A stretch of DNA of 64,000 bases from NCBI GenBank assembly GCA_964505425.1, contig CAZDHX010000004.1:17722-81721 (forward strand). The letters run 5' to 3'. The position numbers were made by a program, and so were the translations under genes. Shown piece by piece: positions 9,106 through 19,156 of the stretch. The notes beneath the pieces are model-generated. The model worked only from the letters and a program-made list of their open reading frames with translations. It was not told where the DNA came from and did no database searches. How positions within the stretch are numbered: position 1 is the first letter of the stretch; each line of letters opens with the position of its first letter. This DNA is from an uncultured Dehalococcoidales bacterium. GTDB taxonomy: Bacteria > Chloroflexota > Dehalococcoidia > Dehalococcoidales > BS750m-G39.

Positions 9106-10428
9106 TTACTGACTCATTATGCTTGGGAGCCAGAGGGCTATGTGGGGAAAGGCGATAATCAATGCTATCGCTGCTGCGCTTAGCCCAACAAAGGGAAAGC
9201 TGGCTCGATAGATGTCACCCATCGTGGTCGAAGGCGAGGCTACGCCTTTCATCACAAACAGGCTCAGACCAAAGGGTGGTGATATTTCTGCCATCGTCAA
9301 ATTGATAAGCATTATTACCGCGAACCACACTAGGTTGAAGCCCAGGGCAGTCAAAATGGGCACAAATAGAGGAATAGTGATCATCATTATCGAGACCGCC
9401 TCCATAAAGCAACCCATTATCAATACCACAACCATCATAGAGATGACGACGACAACGGGCGCCAGATGTAAACCTACTGTAAATTCGGTCAAGCTTGCCA
9501 TAGCCTGGCTAAAGACCAAGATTTGGCTAAAGGCCTTCGCGCCTATCAGGATCGTGAATATCATGACTGTAATCCGAAGAGTACCGAAAAAAGATTTCTT
9601 CAGCACTTCGAGATTCAGTTTTCCATGGATGGCAACCAGAATGAAGCAGCCGACAGCCCCGGTGGCTGCCGCCTCACTCGGCGTGGCTATACCCATGAAG
9701 ATAAGGCCAATAACCAGAAAGATAATAATTCCTCCCGGCAACACATAATGTACTGTGTCTACTAACCTATTTAATAAAGGGGTAGTAGACGGCTTATAGC
9801 GGGGAGCGATGGAAGGCTGGAGCCAGCATCTAAGGATAATATAGGCGAAATAAAGCGAGGCCATCAAGACCCCAGGAATAATGATAGCCATCAAAATCTT
9901 TCCAATGGAGATCATGGCCAAGCTACCTAAAAGGACACCTAGGACACTGGGGGGAATCATTACAGCCAAGCCGCCGCTGCCCAGAATAGGTCCCAGACTT
10001 ATGGACTTTTTGTAGCCACGCTTTTCCATCTCTGGCCCTAGTGTCGACCCCAGCACAGCTACACTGGCCATGCTAACACCACATAATGTTGAAAACAGAG
10101 CTCCTGCAATTACCGCTAACAAACTCAACCTACCAGGCAAAGGCCCTAGCCATTTATCCAGGACGTCTATGATATTGAGGCCTATCCCTGAGTGCAACAT
10201 CACTTCCCCCATCAGGATAAACATGGGCACTGCCACCAGAGCAAAAGTGACCACAGAATCATAGATGCTGCAGACGAGTTGCTCTATACCTCCCAAGCCA
10301 CCCCAGAAGACAATTACTCCTATGACATTTATGAGCATGAAGCTAAAAGCCACAGGCAGCCCTGAGAGCATCAGAACAGCTAACCCGCCGAAAATGCACA
10401 GCAGTACAAAATACCACTCCAACGACAT
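9106..10428 (-). CDS. dctM: TRAP transporter large permease (DctM family)
   Basis: 440-aa polytopic membrane protein adjacent to DctQ- and DctP-type genes. The hydrophobic N-terminus is typical of the DctM family. Confidence 0.85.
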   Translation of the reverse strand: MSLEWYFVLLCIFGGLAVLMLSGLPVAFSFMLINVIGVIVFWGGLGGIEQLVCSIYDSVVTFALVAVPMFILMGEVMLHSGIGLNIIDVLDKWLGPLPGRLSLLAVIAGALFSTLCGVSMASVAVLGSTLGPEMEKRGYKKSISLGPILGSGGLAVMIPPSVLGVLLGSLAMISIGKILMAIIIPGVLMASLYFAYIILRCWLQPSIAPRYKPSTTPLLNRLVDTVHYVLPGGIIIFLVIGLIFMGIATPSEAAATGAVGCFILVAIHGKLNLEVLKKSFFGTLRITVMIFTILIGAKAFSQILVFSQAMASLTEFTVGLHLAPVVVVISMMVVVLIMGCFMEAVSIMMITIPLFVPILTALGFNLVWFAVIMLINLTMAEISPPFGLSLFVMKGVASPSTTMGDIYRASFPFVGLSAAAIALIIAFPHIALWLPSIMSQ

Positions 10429-10463
10429 TCCCTCCTGTTTGTATGCATCTAGTGCATTGAAGT

Positions 10464-10985
10464 TTACGGTTCCTTATCCGGTGACACTCTCCAACTCCTC
10501 AGGTAGCCAAAACTTCTTCTCAGGAATTGGATTGAAAGGAGTAAGCTGCCTACAGGAATACAAGCAAACATAGGCCATGTAGGGGGTCGCAAGAGCGTCG
10601 CCGCATACCAGCCAATCTGGAAATGGTAGTAAGTGACCTTTACCCCATAGAAAGTAATAATCAAGAAGATGATTGCGCCAAAAATGGAAGTAGTAATATT
10701 AAGCAGACTCTGAGTTCTTGGGTTTAAACGGTTAAACACCACGTCTATTTTTACGTGCCCCTCCTCCTTTAATACCCAAGCACTACTCGAAAGAGTCAGC
10801 CCCAGTAGACAGTATGTGCAGACTTCTAACATCCAGTATATTGGACACGAAAAAAAATACCTCAGGATAATATCTGCTGTTATACCAAGCAACAGAAAAA
10901 TAAGGATAGCAATTCCAAGAAGAGCTGGGAGAAAAACTGCGCGATCCGCAATAAGGTCAAATTTCCTTAGCAGCTTCATCCTCAC
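10464..10985 (-). CDS. dctQ: TRAP transporter small permease (DctQ family)
   Basis: 173 aa with four predicted TM segments, positioned between the dctP and dctM homologues. Confidence 0.8.
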   Translation of the reverse strand: MRMKLLRKFDLIADRAVFLPALLGIAILIFLLLGITADIILRYFFSCPIYWMLEVCTYCLLGLTLSSSAWVLKEEGHVKIDVVFNRLNPRTQSLLNITTSIFGAIIFLIITFYGVKVTYYHFQIGWYAATLLRPPTWPMFACIPVGSLLLSIQFLRRSFGYLRSWRVSPDKEP

Positions 10986-11024
10986 TTACTACCTTCACAT
11001 TCCTTTAACACATAAAAAGCCCTT

Positions 11025-11067
11025 TTGAGGAGAATCACCTACTTCCCAAGAATAGGTGATTCTCCTC
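11025..11067 (-). other. Intercistronic stem-loop between the dctP-like and dctQ-like genes
   Basis: Perfect 16-bp inverted repeat tgaggagaatcaccta / taggtgattctcctca with an 11-nt loop, 63 nt downstream of the dctP stop. Confidence 0.6.
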
Positions 11068-11129
11068 ACCATTCTGTGTAGCAAAGTTCACAAACCTTGC
11101 CACAAGGTATATAAAAGCAGCCGCTACGT

Positions 11130-12179
11130 TTATTTTGTCAACAGCTGCTGAATTTGGGGCCCGAGGTCTGGCGGCAATACCTCTAGAAGGTAAGCCCACT
11201 CGGAGTCATAGCAAACTTTGTCTAGCCAAGCAGCATCCTCTGGCGAGACAGGAATAGGCTCCATTCCGTAGTCTAGCATTGCTTGCCACTCCTCATCCGC
11301 TAGCTCACCATATCTGGCATCAAAGTCCTTTTCTACCTCCGCCTTGGTCTCATCGAGCAAAATTTGCAGATGCTCAGGAAGGCTGTTCCAGGTATCCAGA
11401 TTTACTAGGACTGAAAAATCAGCTGAGAGGAACTTATAATCAAGGACATACTTCTCCACCTCATGAAAGCCATAACCCATATTTCCTACTATGGTCATGG
11501 CCCATCCATCCACTGTCCCGTGTTCCAGAGCAGTATATGCTTCCGAATAGTCTATACGGACGGGGGTAATTCCCAGCGCCTCCATGAAGTGGCGGGCAAT
11601 CGTTCCGTCACCGCAGGTTAGTCCAGCTAGGTCCGTCTTGGGGTCCTCAACCTTTTTGTTAAGATATAGAACGAAATACTCACCCGTCTGACCTTCCTTC
11701 CCTAACCAGTACAAACCGGCCTTCTCGTGCTCTGCCCGTATTAAGTCATAAGCCCCATTCTCTCGCATCTCCCAGGGCGGAATCTGTGCCTTCTGAAGCG
11801 CCTCACCTACCGGCACTAGCCCGGCATAAGCTCCAGGAAAAACATAGCACATATCAAGAACACCCTCCTGCACCGCTGCAGCCTGGGAAAAGCCTTCGAT
11901 CACTTCCGATCCACCCATCCAGTCAAGGACAAGCTCTCCATTAGCTCGTTCATTGACCCTGTCAACAAACATTTGATAGGCGATCATAAGCTTATTATCC
12001 TTGGGAAAGAGAGAACAACTCTTAAGCACTATCGGTTCGACCGTTACCCCTTCTTCTGGTGGTGCTCCTTCTGGTGCTGCTTCTTCCGCAGGAGCGCAAG
12101 CAATGGTGATGGGTAGTGTTGCCAATATTGATATTACACATATAATACCCAGCAGTACGATTAATCTCCTCTTTCTCAT
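11130..12179 (-). CDS. dctP: TRAP transporter solute-binding protein (DctP family), lipoprotein-type
   Basis: Signal peptide with lipobox-like LPITIAC followed by a low-complexity APEEAAPEGAPPEEG linker. 349 aa, next to the permease genes. Confidence 0.8.
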   Translation of the reverse strand: MRKRRLIVLLGIICVISILATLPITIACAPAEEAAPEGAPPEEGVTVEPIVLKSCSLFPKDNKLMIAYQMFVDRVNERANGELVLDWMGGSEVIEGFSQAAAVQEGVLDMCYVFPGAYAGLVPVGEALQKAQIPPWEMRENGAYDLIRAEHEKAGLYWLGKEGQTGEYFVLYLNKKVEDPKTDLAGLTCGDGTIARHFMEALGITPVRIDYSEAYTALEHGTVDGWAMTIVGNMGYGFHEVEKYVLDYKFLSADFSVLVNLDTWNSLPEHLQILLDETKAEVEKDFDARYGELADEEWQAMLDYGMEPIPVSPEDAAWLDKVCYDSEWAYLLEVLPPDLGPQIQQLLTK

Positions 12180-12257
12180 TTAAACCCTCCCAATTTAATA
12201 ATGAATATGAATAAAGCAAATCACCTCATCATCCACTCATCATCTAGCACCTCCTCT

Positions 12258-13691
12258 CTACACGTTCGGTTTACTCAGACCGTATTCTTCCCATCTATCC
12301 AGAACGCGCTTCGTCATATCTTCGTCAAGCGCGATTAAGATGGGCTTCTCTTTCCATTCATAGGGAGTGGTCGCGTCCATAATAATTCTCGAGACAATGT
12401 CACGCTGTCCGATAGGAAGCGACGGGTCAAGGACGGTAGACCGTCCCCTCTTGATGAGTTCCGTATCCCGCAGGGGGTCGTACCTAACGGAAAGCGCCCA
12501 GAATAATCTTCCAATATCATCCGCCGGGATATCAGCATCGACGACGATGACACCCTTTAACCCGTAGTGTCCTGTGGTTGTAGCGATTACTGCGTTGCCT
12601 ACTTGGTTGGCATGTCCCGCATACATCGTTTTCACTGAGACAATAGCCCAAAATCTTCCCGCTGATTCGGGTGGAGTATATACTGACTGGATACCGGGGA
12701 TCTTCATGTTCTCCAAGTCAGTCCATAGTGTGGCGGTGCGGTTAAGGCATTGAATCATATGGGCATCTGTAACCGGGTAACCTACTGTTGTTGCCCACAA
12801 AACCGGATTCTTGCGGGTTAGTATACGCTTAACGTTCAAGCATGGTTTCGGCATTAACTTGCCGGCTTCACCTGAATAATAACCAGTATATTCCCCAAAG
12901 GGCCCCTCCGGTTTAAAATTAAACGGGTCAATTTCCCCTTCTATGATGATCTCCGCATTTGCCGGGAGTTTCAGCCCAGTTAAATCGCTTTTGATTATAT
13001 CAGTGGGTTCACCCCGTAATGCTCCAGAGAGGTCATATTCATCCACTCCAGCTGAAACCATGGTGCTGCCGACAAGGAAGTCAAGGGGGTCACCCCCGAC
13101 TACGGCTGCTGCCGGCATAGGTTTCTTCATCTTTTCATACTTCTTCAAGTGGAAGTCAGCATGTTTGCCTTTAAGAATCTGTATTCCTACATTCTTCTCA
13201 TCTAGTATCTGCATACGATACGTTCCAAGATTAGTCCAACCTGTCTCTGGATCCTGGGTAATCAAATAGCAGGCTGTACCTATGTAACGCCCACCGTCTT
13301 GCGGGTAAAATTGTGGCGCTGGAAAATCAAAAACATTAATATCTTTCCCCTCTATGACCTTTTCCATAACTGGGCCGTCTTTTACCTCGATAGGTTTTAG
13401 CAAGCCCTTTGTGGCAATCTTCATCCATTCCCTAGCCATAGAGCACATAGAGGAGGTCGGTGACATACCCAAGCAAATGGCTAGCCTTTGTGGAGTGGTC
13501 AAAGCACTAGCCAAAAGTGGAATTTTGTAGCCTTTAATGTTTTCGAATAGTAGGGCGGGACCATAGTTTAGTTCATTCAATTTGGCTATATGGGAAATTT
13601 CCAAATTCCAGTCTACTTCGGCCTTGATTCTCTTCAGCGCTCCAACTTCTTCACAAGCCTGAATGAATTCTCCAAGACTTTTTATAGCCAC
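12258..13691 (-). CDS. UbiD-family (prFMN-dependent) reversible decarboxylase/carboxylase
   Basis: 477 aa. The N-terminus LGEFIQACEEVGALKRIKAEVDWNLEISHIAK...GPALLFENIKGY matches the UbiD family pattern. Confidence 0.85.
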   Translation of the reverse strand: MAIKSLGEFIQACEEVGALKRIKAEVDWNLEISHIAKLNELNYGPALLFENIKGYKIPLLASALTTPQRLAICLGMSPTSSMCSMAREWMKIATKGLLKPIEVKDGPVMEKVIEGKDINVFDFPAPQFYPQDGGRYIGTACYLITQDPETGWTNLGTYRMQILDEKNVGIQILKGKHADFHLKKYEKMKKPMPAAAVVGGDPLDFLVGSTMVSAGVDEYDLSGALRGEPTDIIKSDLTGLKLPANAEIIIEGEIDPFNFKPEGPFGEYTGYYSGEAGKLMPKPCLNVKRILTRKNPVLWATTVGYPVTDAHMIQCLNRTATLWTDLENMKIPGIQSVYTPPESAGRFWAIVSVKTMYAGHANQVGNAVIATTTGHYGLKGVIVVDADIPADDIGRLFWALSVRYDPLRDTELIKRGRSTVLDPSLPIGQRDIVSRIIMDATTPYEWKEKPILIALDEDMTKRVLDRWEEYGLSKPNV

Positions 13692-13711
13692 GACTGCATA
13701 CCTCCTTGCTT

Positions 13712-15010
13712 CTATTTTTTATTCTTGGCTGTACCTTTAAATTGAGCCAGCACTTCTTCCAGAGCATCAACCATTACCGAGGCGAATTCATAAGTATTCA
13801 AGTACAAGTCAACCTCTCTGATTTCAACCACATCCGAGTTTATCTCCTTCTTTAGAGTATCAATAAGCAACTTGTTAATTTCAGGCTGATAGAGACTTTG
13901 TCCTGCTTGGTCTGCGATGTGCCAGCCTTTCAAGGGGACCAAGAACTTGACTGGGGCCTTAGCTCGATTCAGCTTACTCGCCACAGCTTTGGCTATCTCC
14001 ACTGCCTCTTCAGCAGATATCTTCGCCGAGACTCTGAGGTCATCCATTGACCATAGCTTTCTTTCCTTAAGCCGCCTTTTCTCCCAGAGCGGGTCTCCTT
14101 TGTCTTTCCGGCTCATTGGGCCGCAACTGATTATGTCCAAGGAGCAGGGTGTTAATATTTGCGGAATCCCCATCTTACCGGCTGCCTCAAGCCTGGTCGG
14201 TATAGCAGCGCGGTTACCCCCCATCAGATATTCGCTTAAACCAGCCACGCACACATCTAAGACAGCATCGAATTTTGTTCCTGATTCAATAAGTTCTTCC
14301 ATGACAGAGTCGCCAATACCAGTACCGTGGAAAGTTATCACCTCGTAGTTGCCCTTACTCTTAAGAATAGTAATTATGTTAGCGCAGCATTGGGCCGAGT
14401 TTAGCTGGGTCATGGCTATTACCTTAGTGCCTGCTTTTTTGAGGTCATCAGTTTCTTCCGAAATGGGTCTGGCTCCACTTTCAACTGCGGCACATATCAT
14501 ATGAGCGGCCCGGATTATGCTGTTCTTCAGGAAAAGGTTCATAGAGTCTGTGTCGACCACGGTGGCAAACAACGCTATGTCACTTCTGCCGATGTAATTG
14601 TACTTGCCCATACCAGCCGTACTTGAAAGTATTAGTTTTGGGAAGCCAAATGGCAATTTCTGACAAACGTTTGAAGCCACCAAAGTATTCGTTGCGCCCC
14701 CCAATGCCACCAAGCCGTCGATTTTGCCCTCGTTCAACAGATCGCTAGCTATTTTAGTTGCACCTTTGGTAAATATCTCTTGCCTTTTTGCTCTTTCACC
14801 AGTTTCTCCCCTGGTATCTGAAGCACTACCGCCTCCAGCAAGGGCGACTTCTAAAGAAGATATGTCCGCTTTTAACTTAGGTTCTTTCAACATACTCAAG
14901 TCCATTACTAGTGGCTTGTGTCCCAGCTGGACTATACATTCGATAAGAAACTTGGCTGCTTCTCCTTTGGTATCGAGGCTAGCCATTACAAGGATATTCT
15001 TCTGGCCCAT
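13712..15010 (-). CDS. UPF0261 / Tm-1-like ATP-binding domain protein
   Basis: N-terminus ILVMASLDTKGEAAKFL and later IDGLVALGGATNT..FGFPKLILSS fit the UPF0261 family as I recall it. 432 aa. No partner PEP-hydrolase-like gene is seen nearby. Confidence 0.65.
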   Translation of the reverse strand: MGQKNILVMASLDTKGEAAKFLIECIVQLGHKPLVMDLSMLKEPKLKADISSLEVALAGGGSASDTRGETGERAKRQEIFTKGATKIASDLLNEGKIDGLVALGGATNTLVASNVCQKLPFGFPKLILSSTAGMGKYNYIGRSDIALFATVVDTDSMNLFLKNSIIRAAHMICAAVESGARPISEETDDLKKAGTKVIAMTQLNSAQCCANIITILKSKGNYEVITFHGTGIGDSVMEELIESGTKFDAVLDVCVAGLSEYLMGGNRAAIPTRLEAAGKMGIPQILTPCSLDIISCGPMSRKDKGDPLWEKRRLKERKLWSMDDLRVSAKISAEEAVEIAKAVASKLNRAKAPVKFLVPLKGWHIADQAGQSLYQPEINKLLIDTLKKEINSDVVEIREVDLYLNTYEFASVMVDALEEVLAQFKGTAKNKK

Positions 15011-15025
15011 TTCCTCCCACCTTTC

Positions 15026-16084
15026 TCAAAGCTCAACTCCCTTTTCAAGGTCTTTGGCGATGTATTCCAATGGCGATAGAGTTGTCTCCTGTCGCTTCTT
15101 CCGGCTCCATATAGTCTCAGGCCTTGCTTGAACGATGAATATGTTATCAGGGAAACTGGCATTCGTTTCGAGAGCAAACTCGATATCCATGGGTCTCTTG
15201 TAATACTGCTCTATCTTCCGGCTCAGCTTGGCAAGTTCTACTACCTCTTCATCAGACACAGAGGGTTCACTTTGGCGGTCTTCTTTTATCTCAATTTTTT
15301 TTGTTCCTGTCTTTTCATCAATGACCCGCTCATGCAGCTTCTTCTTAATTTCTTTCTTGGTAATTCTGAAGAATATCTTGTCGACCAGGAAGCTGTCAGG
15401 GTCTACCTCGGAGCCAACCAGAGTCTCTCCCACACCCCAGACAGACTCTACAGCTATTCTTGACCTGTCCCCCGTAAGTGGATCAATGGTGAAAATCACC
15501 CCGGCTGACCTTGGTTTGACCATTTTTTGCACGCCTACAGATATGACTGCATCACTAAGCTTGAATCCCTTTGAAGTCCGGTATGATATATCTCTCTGAG
15601 TGTACAGACTGGAAAAACATTCAATTACTTTGGAAAGCAAATCGGTCGTTCCTCTGACCCACAGATAAGTCTCATGCTGACCGGCAAAGCTCGCGTCTGG
15701 TGCATCCTCTTCAACCGCACTGGAACGTACTGCGACCGGTATATTGTCATCACCACACTTTTTGGCTAATTCATGATAGGACTCGCAGATTTCAGTGCTC
15801 ACAAAGTCGGGGAACGATGCTGACCTGAATATCTGCCTGATCTGTTCGCTCACGGTTGCCGCTCTCTTGCTATCTTCAAGTCCTTCCTTACTTAGAAGCG
15901 GTTCAATTTCTTTTTGCAACTTGTTGAAGCTCACAAACTCTCTATAAGCTTCAACAGTTACCGCAAAACCTGGTGGTACTGGTACGCCAATGTTCAGCAG
16001 AATCCCTAGATTGGCGTTCTTTCCTCCAACCAAGCCTAGATGCTCTGCAGAACATTCCTCGAACGGAATTACATATTTACCCAT
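15026..16084 (-). CDS. PEP synthase N-terminal (ATP-grasp, PPDK_N) domain protein, phenylphosphate synthase beta (PpsB)-like
   Basis: N-terminus LGLVGGKNANLGILLNIGVPVPPGFAVT is typical of the nucleotide-binding domain of pyruvate,water dikinases. 352 aa with no phosphohistidine domain. Confidence 0.75.
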   Translation of the reverse strand: MGKYVIPFEECSAEHLGLVGGKNANLGILLNIGVPVPPGFAVTVEAYREFVSFNKLQKEIEPLLSKEGLEDSKRAATVSEQIRQIFRSASFPDFVSTEICESYHELAKKCGDDNIPVAVRSSAVEEDAPDASFAGQHETYLWVRGTTDLLSKVIECFSSLYTQRDISYRTSKGFKLSDAVISVGVQKMVKPRSAGVIFTIDPLTGDRSRIAVESVWGVGETLVGSEVDPDSFLVDKIFFRITKKEIKKKLHERVIDEKTGTKKIEIKEDRQSEPSVSDEEVVELAKLSRKIEQYYKRPMDIEFALETNASFPDNIFIVQARPETIWSRKKRQETTLSPLEYIAKDLEKGVEL

Positions 16085-16102
16085 GCTGCCACCTTATTAT
16101 GT

Positions 16103-17962
16103 CTATCCAAGTATTTTGACTATTCCTTCGTTTCCCCTGACTTCGATGGTCTGACCAGTCTTAATTACTCGAGTCCCCACCCCCACTCCAGTGACGGCAG
16201 GTAGTTCGTACTCCCGACACACTATCGCAGCGTGAGACATCACCCCTCCGATGTCTGTTACTGTTCCGGCAATCTTCACAAATACGTATGACCAGGACGG
16301 TTCGGTAGAAGGAGCAACTAGTATTTCCCCCTCTTGCAACTCGCCAAGTTCACTCACCTCCAACACCACCCTCGCTTTGCCTACCACTGTGCCCGGTGAA
16401 CTGGCAAAGCCCTTAAGGATATGACCCTCCTCTCCCGAGGCTACCCCCATTGACTCCTGCCATTTCCCCAAACTTTCCTTAGTGACGCCCCAGAGCATTC
16501 TGGTAAAAGGCTCAGTAACTCTTTCCGGCACGGGCCCTAGTGCCGGGGGTGGTTGCCAGGCCTCCAGTACTGATAAAATTTTCTTTCTTTTGGCTATCTT
16601 TGCTCGCCACCTGTTTCCATTGCTGACACGGTATCCCATGCCGTAGTTGAACATCATTTCAAAAACCAGGTCGGCAATCTCACCCCGTTTGAGACAGAAT
16701 AAGTCTTTGGAGTCATCTATCAGCCCGAAGTCTTTTATGGTGTTGCCTAACCTTTCAAGTGCATGGTACATGGCCTGATGGAACCAACTGTCTATGTAAA
16801 ACTGATGTCCCTCTATGAATGCATACGCTTTTAGGGCTATCTCGTGAAGTTTGTAGAATGTCTGCTTCTCATGCTCTGACTCCAGTAAGCTCCCGTAACC
16901 ATCAAGCAGGCTGCGCCGTTTTTCTTGGACCGTAGCCATAGGTCTCTCCACACTCTTACCTTCCTCGATCCGCCGAACATAATCTATAATTGTACCAATC
17001 GGTATGGATAGGTCATCCAGCCAGGTATATTCTGTACACACATAACCCCGCCCCGTGGCCACATTGAACCAGGGGTCTTTGATTTCGTTGAGTCTCTTTA
17101 ACCAAGTCTTCCCCTCTTTACTTTTCTCAAGTACGGAGAACAGCTCATTCACCTTTTCTCGCTTCAACCCGGCAAACCTCAGGAATGTGTCCTGGAGATT
17201 CAGCTTTATCACAAGTTCAGCCAACTCGATAAGATATTCCTGGGGTTTATACATTTCGACACTGACTCCGGCGGTCATGCTTGAGACTTCTACGTCGCTT
17301 ATATCAGGAAAATGCTCGTGACAAAAATCGTAGAAACTCATATATGCTGAATAACCTATGTTGCAGAATTCAAAGTGATAGCACCAAACTTCATAAAGAA
17401 ATTCGATTAGTTGGTAGTAGTTCAAAATAGGTCTGAGTCCTGGTGATACCTTCTTCTTACTCGTAATGTCGTGCACATATTTTTCAATTTCCTCTTCGTT
17501 GGGGAGGCTAAAATCCATTTTTTCTATAATTCTATTGACTTCATAGATTCTTTCTTTCCTCAGTTCAACAAGCTGTAGCCAATTTTCAAAATAGAATCCT
17601 GCCCTCTCTTGGAACAGCTCCATTCTTTGGGCTACAATCTTAGGGTCGTCGATTATACTTGGCGATGAGTAATAGTAACCGTTAACAATTCGGGTATCCA
17701 CACCAAGCGCGCTGGGTATATTAAATATAGAGCTGTTGTTCTCACCCAACGTCATACCTATAGTCTCTGGATCCCAAGCATCAAATGGATAAACGCACCT
17801 CGGCTTGTGTATGCTGTCCCTGAACCAGAGCCGGTTATCCTCCTCTTCTTTCAGTTCGCCAGGCACGTGAAAGCTAGCGTACATCTCCTCCCATCCCTCT
17901 GCCCCTGGCGGTGTCTCAATCTCGCTCATTTTAGAGAAACTGATCTTTTTGTCATCCATCAC
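16103..17962 (-). CDS. PEP-utilising enzyme with a C-terminal mobile phosphohistidine domain, phenylphosphate synthase alpha (PpsA)-like
   Basis: The C-terminus GTVTDIGGVMSHAAIVCREYELPAV is the swivel His domain. The large N-terminal region has no ATP-grasp domain, consistent with a dikinase split across this gene and 15026..16084. 619 aa. Confidence 0.75.
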   Translation of the reverse strand: MMDDKKISFSKMSEIETPPGAEGWEEMYASFHVPGELKEEEDNRLWFRDSIHKPRCVYPFDAWDPETIGMTLGENNSSIFNIPSALGVDTRIVNGYYYSSPSIIDDPKIVAQRMELFQERAGFYFENWLQLVELRKERIYEVNRIIEKMDFSLPNEEEIEKYVHDITSKKKVSPGLRPILNYYQLIEFLYEVWCYHFEFCNIGYSAYMSFYDFCHEHFPDISDVEVSSMTAGVSVEMYKPQEYLIELAELVIKLNLQDTFLRFAGLKREKVNELFSVLEKSKEGKTWLKRLNEIKDPWFNVATGRGYVCTEYTWLDDLSIPIGTIIDYVRRIEEGKSVERPMATVQEKRRSLLDGYGSLLESEHEKQTFYKLHEIALKAYAFIEGHQFYIDSWFHQAMYHALERLGNTIKDFGLIDDSKDLFCLKRGEIADLVFEMMFNYGMGYRVSNGNRWRAKIAKRKKILSVLEAWQPPPALGPVPERVTEPFTRMLWGVTKESLGKWQESMGVASGEEGHILKGFASSPGTVVGKARVVLEVSELGELQEGEILVAPSTEPSWSYVFVKIAGTVTDIGGVMSHAAIVCREYELPAVTGVGVGTRVIKTGQTIEVRGNEGIVKILG

Positions 17963-18039
17963 CTTTCTCCCAAAACAAGATTATGGTCTCTTTCCCTCGG
18001 CCGTCCTGTGGCAGACCGGGCAGGACAGCCAGCTAATTT

Positions 18040-19110
18040 CTACGTAGACAAGCTAGGACCGGGCTCTCGTAACAAAGGTAACGTTACACAGCGGGCTCCA
18101 TTGGTACCAACTTGCATGCCGGAAGAATCAAATTCAATCACTTCTATTCCCGCTTTACGCACCTTGTCTATGGTTTTCTTGGCTTGAGCGGGCATGATTA
18201 CTTTACCTGGTTCAAGAAGAACACAATTCGCCGGCGCGAATTTATGGTGCTCCTCGGCGTCGACTTCTATGAGCTTAAAGTCTCTAGCCTTGAGCCATCT
18301 GAAAATCTGGTAATCCAGGTACCCTGGATAGATTAGGGCTACCCGTAGGTCAAGCACGCCGAAAATCATATCAATATGGAAGTCACCGCCAGCCCTATAA
18401 TCTTGGTAGGTAGTTGTACAACTTGCAACCGGGATTTCCTTGTAACCGGCCCGCTGTAGGACAGGGACTATTTGAGCTAGCCCTTCCTCGTTACAGGCAC
18501 AAGACCTGTATGCCATAATAGCGTCCTCAGCAACTGGCACAAATACGCCAGCCTCACAAACGCCTTTACCGTGTATGGATAGGAGAATGGGGCAGTTTAT
18601 GTCGGTAAAGAACTTTTGCCAATTAACCTCAAGCCCTCGCATGAAAGACGCTTGTCCCTGCCGGGAGATTATAGCCCCACCTCTCACTACCAGGGGTAAG
18701 GCCAGCATAAATAGCTTCCTCATCGGCCCATATGCCCCCATCGTCTCTGGAGTATCCATCCAATAAACTTCCACACCTTCTCTGTTCAGCAGCTCAGCGT
18801 ACTGGTCCATTGTTCTCTGCAGACTATCGATATCTATCGTTTCTCTTCGCAAGAGATAAAAATCCCTATTCTTTTCCCACAGCGGATTACTCTCATGCTT
18901 CGTTGGTTTAGCTAAAGCAACTGCCCTTAGTTTACCAATGCCCTGGGCACCCCAGTTCTTACCCCAGATTCTCTCGACCTCATCCAGATAATCAATTTGC
19001 TCTATTATCTCGGTATTAGGCGCTTTCCCCGGCTCATAATCGGGATAATTCTCCAGTGGGTAATCCTCGACTTTGCCCCGGTATTCCTTTTTGGGATTCT
19101 GGAATATCAT
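18040..19110 (-). CDS. Guanidino-group-modifying enzyme fold protein (amidinotransferase / arginine deiminase / DDAH superfamily)
   Basis: The C-terminal GTNGARCVTLPLLRE resembles the catalytic-Cys motif that ends ADI/amidinotransferase family proteins. 356 aa. Assigned from motif recognition only. Confidence 0.5.
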   Translation of the reverse strand: MIFQNPKKEYRGKVEDYPLENYPDYEPGKAPNTEIIEQIDYLDEVERIWGKNWGAQGIGKLRAVALAKPTKHESNPLWEKNRDFYLLRRETIDIDSLQRTMDQYAELLNREGVEVYWMDTPETMGAYGPMRKLFMLALPLVVRGGAIISRQGQASFMRGLEVNWQKFFTDINCPILLSIHGKGVCEAGVFVPVAEDAIMAYRSCACNEEGLAQIVPVLQRAGYKEIPVASCTTTYQDYRAGGDFHIDMIFGVLDLRVALIYPGYLDYQIFRWLKARDFKLIEVDAEEHHKFAPANCVLLEPGKVIMPAQAKKTIDKVRKAGIEVIEFDSSGMQVGTNGARCVTLPLLREPGPSLST

Positions 19111-19156
19111 CCTAACCTCCTTATTGAAGCGAGAGAGTTGACACCTTGCTACCTAT

